Shown here in pieces: positions 47,586 through 53,294 of a stretch of 53,294 bases of DNA (position 1 is its first letter; each line of letters opens with the position of its first letter). Under the pieces are notes generated by a model. The model saw only the letters and a program-made list of their open reading frames with translations, made no database searches and had not been told where the DNA came from. The stretch comes from a virus (lineage: Duplodnaviria > Caudoviricetes): the IMG/VR virus record IMGVR_UViG_3300009120_000072, positions 1-53,294 of that record. The stretch is one strand, 5' to 3'. Made by a program: the position numbers and the translations under genes.

Positions 47586-48936
47586 ACTAGTAGAAAATCG
47601 GTTTACACTACCCTACGACTTTGAAGATTATCTTCAATCGAAAACTGTCGGAGTTGAGTATTCCAGGCGAGGTGAAGCAATCGTTACTAACAGACATATA
47701 CCCGGAAGGGAAGTCGTTATAAAGCAACTGAGATCAAATTCAAACCTAAATAACCAAATGTGCAGATTTTATGTAATTGTGTTGCAATGTGATGAAACCA
47801 AAATCGAAGAGCAAACCTATTATGTGACTCGCCTTTTCAAAAGAACAGACATAAACTCGGTTAAAGAAATATTTGATATTCAATTGTGGAATCTTAAAGT
47901 ATTGCAAAACAACGAAATCATTAAAATCCATCTTGCATACGATTATGCCAAAGGTGGTTATACTTACCAGTTTGGTACTAACTCGATTATGCACATGGGT
48001 TATCAATCATTGAATATTTACGATTATCATCACCCAAGTGTTCTCGAATACTCGGAAATGAAATATACGCAAGTTTGGGAAATAGAACGTTTTAATCTTG
48101 AATTATCATACAAATATCGTAAGATGCTGGAAATGTTACTGAAGAATGGTTGCACAAATTTATGGGAAGATGTCGCCAAAGGGTATAGTGACATGCGAAA
48201 AATGACTAAAGGGAAGTTGATGAAAAATCGCACGATTCTCAAAAAGTTCAATCCGGATCATCATCAATGGGAGTGGTATCCAAAACTTCTTAAGTTGGGA
48301 TTAACCATAGTACTATCAATGGAAATATCAAAAAGGTGGACAAGCTACGAAATTGAGAACCAAATAAAAGGCGCAGCAACTCTTAGCATTGAGACCAAGA
48401 CACTAATGAAGTATTTACTTAAGCAGAACCAGGAATTCAGACACTATAACGATTACCTGGAAATGATGATAAAACTAAATACTCCAGTTGAGACATACCA
48501 AACCATGTTTCCAAAAGATTTGAAAAAAGCCCATGATGAAGCTGTCAACAAATACAACACAATGAAACATGAGTTTGATTCTAGAACCTATTCATCAAAA
48601 ATATTGCCAGTCATAGAAAAACTAGAATATACCAACAACGAGTATGCAATTATCGTACCCAAGGATCCAGATGAGATTTTGCAAGAAGGGAAAGCACTGG
48701 ATCACTGCGTTGGTTCATACATCGGCCAAGTGCTTAAAGGCGAAACAATCATATTGTTTATCCGAATGGCAACAGAAACCTCAAAACCACTGTACACAAT
48801 GGAATTCAAATACGGAAGAGTAAACCAAATCCGTGGCATTGGAAATAAGTCTGCACCAGACTCTATAAAAACGTTCGCCGACCAATGGCGTAAGAAGAAA
48901 GGTAAACTATGCAAATCATTATCTATTGGTTATTAG
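47557..48936 (+). CDS. PcfJ domain protein
   Basis: YNDYLEM, FPKDLKKAHD, EGKALDHCVGSY, ILFIR, QIRG. Confidence 0.9.
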   Translation: MKTCPYSISELVENRFTLPYDFEDYLQSKTVGVEYSRRGEAIVTNRHIPGREVVIKQLRSNSNLNNQMCRFYVIVLQCDETKIEEQTYYVTRLFKRTDINSVKEIFDIQLWNLKVLQNNEIIKIHLAYDYAKGGYTYQFGTNSIMHMGYQSLNIYDYHHPSVLEYSEMKYTQVWEIERFNLELSYKYRKMLEMLLKNGCTNLWEDVAKGYSDMRKMTKGKLMKNRTILKKFNPDHHQWEWYPKLLKLGLTIVLSMEISKRWTSYEIENQIKGAATLSIETKTLMKYLLKQNQEFRHYNDYLEMMIKLNTPVETYQTMFPKDLKKAHDEAVNKYNTMKHEFDSRTYSSKILPVIEKLEYTNNEYAIIVPKDPDEILQEGKALDHCVGSYIGQVLKGETIILFIRMATETSKPLYTMEFKYGRVNQIRGIGNKSAPDSIKTFADQWRKKKGKLCKSLSIGY

Positions 48937-48999
48937 CTAGTGCTATATTCACTGCCGGGTTCATTACTTGCGCACTTTTAAGAGCAAACGGGAGGGACG

Positions 49000-49410
49000 A
49001 TGACTACAGATGATGTTCGGGATGCATTAGTAAACTATCATAGGTACAAAAGACGACTAGAAAATGCGAATCTTGATTTGATTGCAATTGTTACTAAACA
49101 GACTAAAACAGGTGGAAGCATTATTCGTATGCCCGAGCATCCTACTGACAAGACAAAATTCATATTAAAGTGTATTGAAGACAAGACAGTCATTGAACGA
49201 AGATGTGCATATTGGCGTGATATGGTTTATCTTGCGGACGCGTTTATTAGAGCTTTACCAAATACCCCACAACCATACCGTGACATAGTAACGGACAAGT
49301 ATATCAATTTGCTAAATGATAATCGAATGGAGGTTAAGTACAACTATAGTCGCATGCAGATTTATCGACTAATCAAGAATGCAATATTTAAGTATGTTGA
49401 AGAAAGTTAA
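49000..49410 (+). CDS. RinA/ArpU-like late transcriptional activator
   Basis: End of the early operon; C-terminal KYNYSRMQIYRLIKNAI HTH. Confidence 0.7.
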   Translation: MTTDDVRDALVNYHRYKRRLENANLDLIAIVTKQTKTGGSIIRMPEHPTDKTKFILKCIEDKTVIERRCAYWRDMVYLADAFIRALPNTPQPYRDIVTDKYINLLNDNRMEVKYNYSRMQIYRLIKNAIFKYVEES

Positions 49411-49478
49411 CATGTTACACGCAACTATCAAAACAGTGAGATAATGTTAACATAAGAAATGCCACCGAAGCGGAGGCC

Positions 49479-49504
49479 AAGAGCGGGAATCACCTGCTCT
49501 TTTT
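49479..49504 (+). terminator. Terminator-like hairpin in the late leader
   Basis: AAGAGCGGG-AATCA-CCTGCTCTTTTT. Confidence 0.55.
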
Positions 49505-49529
49505 CTATGTAATCATTGATGGAGGCAAC

Positions 49530-50639
49530 ATGCACATTAATCATAAAGCAGTTTTGGAAATGCAAAAGGTTGTGTTTGCAAAGTATGGAAGGAATGATTG
49601 GGTAAAAGTTTCCCAATTGATATTCGATAAGTACAAAGTTCGCAAATCGCCAGAAGCATGTAGAGGATTGTATAAGAGGCATAGAAACGTTGAAATTGAT
49701 GATATCGTCTTATCCAGTCATGACCATGAGCAAGATTTAATCAAGCAACTGTACAAAGGTGCTGACATTGATCAATTGATGAAAGTCCTTAAGTTACCTA
49801 AAATTGAAGTGTTTGGGCATATTGAAGAGTTGCGACAAAAAGGGTATACAATCATACAAGCGGGCAGAACATATAAAATCAGTAAGCAAGCTGAAACGAC
49901 CTTTGAAGAGCATAAACATTATCACGATGTCGATAAAGTCATTCGATTCGGAGTTGTTTCTGATACCCATCTGTCGAGCATTTTTTTCCAAAAGGCTTAC
50001 CTAGAGATTGCATATGATGATTTCAATTCACGTGGAATTGAAACTGTATATCACATCGGGGATGTTACAGACGGTCATTATGCAAACAGACCAGCTAGCA
50101 TTTACGAACTCAAAGCTATTGGGTATGATCAACAACTTGATGATGTTGTGACTAATTATCCTAAAAGAGAAGGACTCAAAACCAAGTTTATCACCGGTAA
50201 TCACGATGCAACGCACATGATGAATGGTGGAGCAAATATTGGAAAAGGAATTACTGGTAAACGGGATGATATGGAATATCTTGGACATGAATACGCCAAG
50301 ATATGGCTTACAGATAAAGTCGACATGGATTTAATTCATCCAAGAGATGGATCAGCTTATGCTTTGTCATATCATCTTCAGCGGCGCATTAATAACATGT
50401 CCGGGGGAAACAAGCCAAAGATATTGATAACGGGACACTATCACAAGTTCTTCATGATGTTCTATCGTAATGTGGTTGCAATCAGCATGCCGTCATTCCA
50501 GGCACAATCATCTTTTATGAGGGGAAAAGGTATTGATAGTGATGTTGGATATTTGATATTAGAACTTAAAGTTAATCACAACGGTGACATCATTGAGTGC
50601 CATCCTTACTATCGGCCATTCTTTGTAATGCACCAATAA
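49530..50639 (+). CDS. HTH + calcineurin-like metallophosphoesterase
   Basis: SDTH, HIGDVTDG, GNHD, IHP, GHYH motifs. Confidence 0.88.
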   Translation: MHINHKAVLEMQKVVFAKYGRNDWVKVSQLIFDKYKVRKSPEACRGLYKRHRNVEIDDIVLSSHDHEQDLIKQLYKGADIDQLMKVLKLPKIEVFGHIEELRQKGYTIIQAGRTYKISKQAETTFEEHKHYHDVDKVIRFGVVSDTHLSSIFFQKAYLEIAYDDFNSRGIETVYHIGDVTDGHYANRPASIYELKAIGYDQQLDDVVTNYPKREGLKTKFITGNHDATHMMNGGANIGKGITGKRDDMEYLGHEYAKIWLTDKVDMDLIHPRDGSAYALSYHLQRRINNMSGGNKPKILITGHYHKFFMMFYRNVVAISMPSFQAQSSFMRGKGIDSDVGYLILELKVNHNGDIIECHPYYRPFFVMHQ

Positions 50640-50703
50640 ATAACGAATTAAGCCTACTTCCTAGAGTAATTTCTTTCCAGATGAACTGAATGAAACTTTT
50701 TAA

Positions 50704-50732
50704 TTGATTATGAAATCTCTAATTAGTATAAT
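50704..50732 (+). promoter_or_regulatory. Promoter of the three-gene moron
   Basis: TTGATT-17 bp-TATAAT. Confidence 0.7.
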
Positions 50733-50753
50733 ATCCTTACTGGAGGATACAGT

Positions 50754-51068
50754 ATGAGTACAAATAAAGTTCCGGCAGAGTATGTTTATCCAACTGATTT
50801 TAATATTGAATATATCTCTGGAGCTGTGGGTGGGTTCAATGGAACAGGAGATTTTATTGCGAACTTCTATTTCGAGGTTTCAGATTTACCGACAACTTTC
50901 GAGATAATTGTGGATGAAGCAGGCATTGGACGTGATGAGTATAATCATCAAATGAAGATCAGAAGAGATGTCAAAGCAGGGATATCTATGAAGTATGAAA
51001 CATTAGTGAGAATACGAGACTGGTTTACTCAGAATATTGAAGAGATCGAAAGACAGAAAAATGGATAG
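50754..51068 (+). CDS. Hypothetical protein (DUF3467-like)
   Basis: Y..GA.GG....GD..ANFY.E...I.M......IRDW pattern. Confidence 0.55.
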   Translation: MSTNKVPAEYVYPTDFNIEYISGAVGGFNGTGDFIANFYFEVSDLPTTFEIIVDEAGIGRDEYNHQMKIRRDVKAGISMKYETLVRIRDWFTQNIEEIERQKNG

Positions 51069-51504
51069 TGTTATGCTAAACATTTCTAATACTGCTAGTA
51101 ATCAAGACTTTGATATCTTTAGGATTTTTAAATCTTCAAAATCGTTGAGTAATACTAGTAATGAGTATATTCATCCACAATATAGTAACCCAATAGCAAC
51201 ATACGTAGTAGATAACTTTAGTAGCACACACAACTTTTTAAGTATTAGAAGTGACGAGCTAAATAAGTTCGGATTAAAGTTTAGGAACAATTTCTTTATT
51301 AGTTTTGTTAAGTATGGTGAATACTTCGCTGCAGATAACTTGGAACTTGATATTGTCTGCACTGCAAAGAGTTTGTCAGAACTGCGCGAACAGGTAATCG
51401 ATGATATTTTATTTAAGTGGGAAACGTATGTTTTATCTCCCGAAAACGAACTAACCGACAAAGCCATTCAACTTAAAAAGAAATTATTGAGTATTTTGAA
51501 ATAG
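51061..51504 (+). CDS. HicB-like antitoxin candidate
   Basis: C-terminal YFAADNLELDIVCTAKSLSELREQV partial RNase H fold; S/N-rich N-terminus. Confidence 0.6.
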   Translation: MDSVMLNISNTASNQDFDIFRIFKSSKSLSNTSNEYIHPQYSNPIATYVVDNFSSTHNFLSIRSDELNKFGLKFRNNFFISFVKYGEYFAADNLELDIVCTAKSLSELREQVIDDILFKWETYVLSPENELTDKAIQLKKKLLSILK

Positions 51505-51507
51505 AAT

Positions 51508-51795
51508 ATGGCATACAATAGTAATAAAGTCAAAAGCGTCCTTACATCGAAAGGATTTGTATTCAGACGCGACGGGGGAAAACATCATAAGTATTATGTG
51601 CTGGTTGATCCAAATGGCAAGTTAACAAATATTACAACTCACTTTAGTCATAATGGAGAAGACATAGATGACTTTCTTATAAGTAGAATATCGAAACAAT
51701 TAAAACTTTCTATTGGTGATTTTAGGAAGTTGATTGACTGTAGTATCGACTATAACAAATATATAAAAATACTTAAGGAAAAAGAAGAGTTATAA
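51508..51795 (+). CDS. HicA-family toxin
   Basis: LTSKGF...GKHHKYY...THFSH...I..QLKL. Confidence 0.75.
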   Translation: MAYNSNKVKSVLTSKGFVFRRDGGKHHKYYVLVDPNGKLTNITTHFSHNGEDIDDFLISRISKQLKLSIGDFRKLIDCSIDYNKYIKILKEKEEL

Positions 51796-51831
51796 GACCA
51801 AGAGATATTCTTGGTTTTTTAATGGTGAAAC

Positions 51832-52194
51832 ATGAGAAAGCAGCCTAACCGACCTAAGCGATATAAATCTAAGCCAAAAGATTTCATGACTAGAATTTCC
51901 AATGGGGATGTGCTTTACTTTTATAAGTCCAGAGAATGGATCGACAAAAGACTTGAAGCTCTTATAAGAGATAAACATGAGTGTCAAAGATGCAACGGTA
52001 ACTTTGATAAGATTGAAATCAAAACTTTGAAAACTGCCGAAGAAGTACACCATATATTAGGGATTAAAGATAGACCTGAATTATGTCTTCAGCTGAGTAA
52101 CTTAGTATCACTATGTCATGATTGTCATGACTTTATTGAAGGAAGATGGGTTAATAAACCAAAAAAACAACACATAACTGATGAAAATTGGTAA
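51832..52194 (+). CDS. HNH endonuclease (packaging-associated)
   Basis: RDKHECQRC, EVHHI, NLVSLCHDCH. Confidence 0.92.
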   Translation: MRKQPNRPKRYKSKPKDFMTRISNGDVLYFYKSREWIDKRLEALIRDKHECQRCNGNFDKIEIKTLKTAEEVHHILGIKDRPELCLQLSNLVSLCHDCHDFIEGRWVNKPKKQHITDENW

Positions 52195-52270
52195 GTACCC
52201 CCGGTAAAATCTAGACACTGGGGTTTTTAACTTGGGTAACGGAGTAAGGGAGGGGACTGTACCTCTGCAC
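52195..52270. other. Probable cos/packaging region of prophage 2
   Basis: G/C runs in the gap between HNH and the small terminase. Confidence 0.45.
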
Positions 52271-52291
52271 AACGCGCGCACATGAGAAGGG

Positions 52292-52612
52292 GTGAGAGCT
52301 ATGAAAAGAGAAACTCGAAAAAGAATCCAAGAAGATTTACTCGCCCAACTCGAGCGTTCCGGGCACTATGGTGAGTATTATTTGGATTTAATCAGTCATT
52401 ATATGGAACTTGTGGACATTAAAGAGAAGCTTCAAGCGGATATTCGTAAAAACGGGTTAAGGATGGATGCTCTCAATGGAAATGGTGTTTTAACCACAAA
52501 ATCCAATGAATCCGTGGAAAGATTAGTAAAAGTAAGCGGCCAAATGTTGAAGATTCTGTCAGAATTAGGGCTAAAAACCCCACGAGAAGTCATTGAAAAA
52601 GAAGATTTATGA
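52292..52612 (+). CDS. P27-family terminase small subunit
   Basis: LQADIRKNG...K.NES...QMLKILSELGL. Confidence 0.85.
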   Translation: MRAMKRETRKRIQEDLLAQLERSGHYGEYYLDLISHYMELVDIKEKLQADIRKNGLRMDALNGNGVLTTKSNESVERLVKVSGQMLKILSELGLKTPREVIEKEDL

Positions 52613-53294
52613 TCACATGTCCCGAGATTGAAACCTATCTCGAATACTGTAGAGAGCATCCTGACGAAGTCCCAAAGCGGGTACACCGACTGATTGAAAA
52701 TATCATCAGACCTACACTGGCCAGGACAGATATCTTTTTTGACATCGACACTTATTATGCATGTCTGACCTATGTCGAGAAGTATTTTTATCCCTTATTT
52801 CCATACCAAAAGTTCATGTATGCTTTTGTTTTCATGTATGATCAGGAGGATAATGTCGTCTTCAGTGTGTTCATTATGTTAATGGGACGTGGTAATGGTA
52901 AAGATGGTTTCATTGCGCCGTTGACCAACTTTCTTCAAACGCAGCGGTATGGGGTAAAGAAATATCATATCGATATCGTGGCTAATGCCGAGCAACAGGC
53001 CAAAGATACCTTTGATGTCGTTTACGACATGATGACATCCGCTCAACATAAAGAACGTTTCAAGAAATACTTCTATATCACTCAGGAGAAAATCGTCAAT
53101 CTCTCGACGATGTCCCGATTGCGGTTCAACACATCCAATGCCGGTACGAAGGATGGGAAGCAAACCGGCTTAATTTTATACAACGAATATCACGGATACC
53201 AGGATCACAGTCAAATATCCGTGTTTGAATCGGGGTTCGGTAAAGTTAAACACTGCCGGAAGATCATTATCTCCACTCAAGGACATATTCGAGG
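52609..53294 (+). CDS. Terminase large subunit, partial (runs off the right edge)
   Basis: Translated by hand: MITCPEIE...LFPYQKF...MGRGNGKDG Walker A...LILYNEYH. Confidence 0.9.
   Translation, partial: MITCPEIETYLEYCREHPDEVPKRVHRLIENIIRPTLARTDIFFDIDTYYACLTYVEKYFYPLFPYQKFMYAFVFMYDQEDNVVFSVFIMLMGRGNGKDGFIAPLTNFLQTQRYGVKKYHIDIVANAEQQAKDTFDVVYDMMTSAQHKERFKKYFYITQEKIVNLSTMSRLRFNTSNAGTKDGKQTGLILYNEYHGYQDHSQISVFESGFGKVKHCRKIIISTQGHIR

Larger units (their letters stand above)
36683..53294. mobile_element. Prophage 2 (tyrosine integrase), left part; continues beyond the window
   Basis: Integrase next to the tmRNA 3' fragment, cI/cro, antirepressor, replication genes, HNH, terminases. Confidence 0.92.

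Noticed and set aside
50656-50683. ACTTCCTAGA resembling the left arm of Bacillus subtilis dif at the moron boundary
   Set aside because: The second arm (TTATGTAAACT-like) is absent; likely a chance match.
452-53163. Numerous short antisense or nested ORFs in the track (e.g. 452-712, 4641-4985, 25687-26148, 26763-27335, 52879-53163)
   Set aside because: They are shadows of well-supported genes, without RBS or recognisable motifs.
53170-53196. NE instead of DE in the prophage 2 terminase Walker B as a sign of inactivation
   Set aside because: The catalytic Glu is retained and the frame appears intact; this cannot be called a defect without an alignment.
1-53294. CRISPR array, diversity-generating retroelement, retron or intron
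   Set aside because: No regularly spaced repeats, no cas genes and no reverse transcriptase motif seen in any ORF.

Overview
Bacillota (Firmicutes)-type chromosomal segment. The left 1.9 kb is host DNA: a frameshifted DUF2207 membrane-protein gene, lemA and the tmRNA gene ssrA (1576-1925, tag (A)GNRLSFAA). The rest is two prophages in tandem at the ssrA 3' end. Prophage 1 (1914-36695, about 34.8 kb, apparently complete, siphovirus-like) uses a large serine integrase, is bounded by a 13-bp TCACCTCCACCAA repeat and carries a Dcm/EcoRII-like restriction-modification pair. Prophage 2 (from about 36683 to beyond the window end) uses a tyrosine integrase and carries a ParB-like + Dam-family methylase pair, a HEPN-like gene and a three-gene HicA/HicB-like module. 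Most unusual observations: (1) both phages encode a second, homologous tyrosine recombinase in the early region and share a ~105-bp non-coding element (conserved 5' motif, hairpin with compensatory changes, dif/lox-like core); (2) the serine integrase gene spans attP, so integration replaces a 21-aa C-terminal tail with 2 residues read from the tmRNA antisense strand; (3) several candidate defence modules. All protein calls come from motif recognition by eye; no database search was run.
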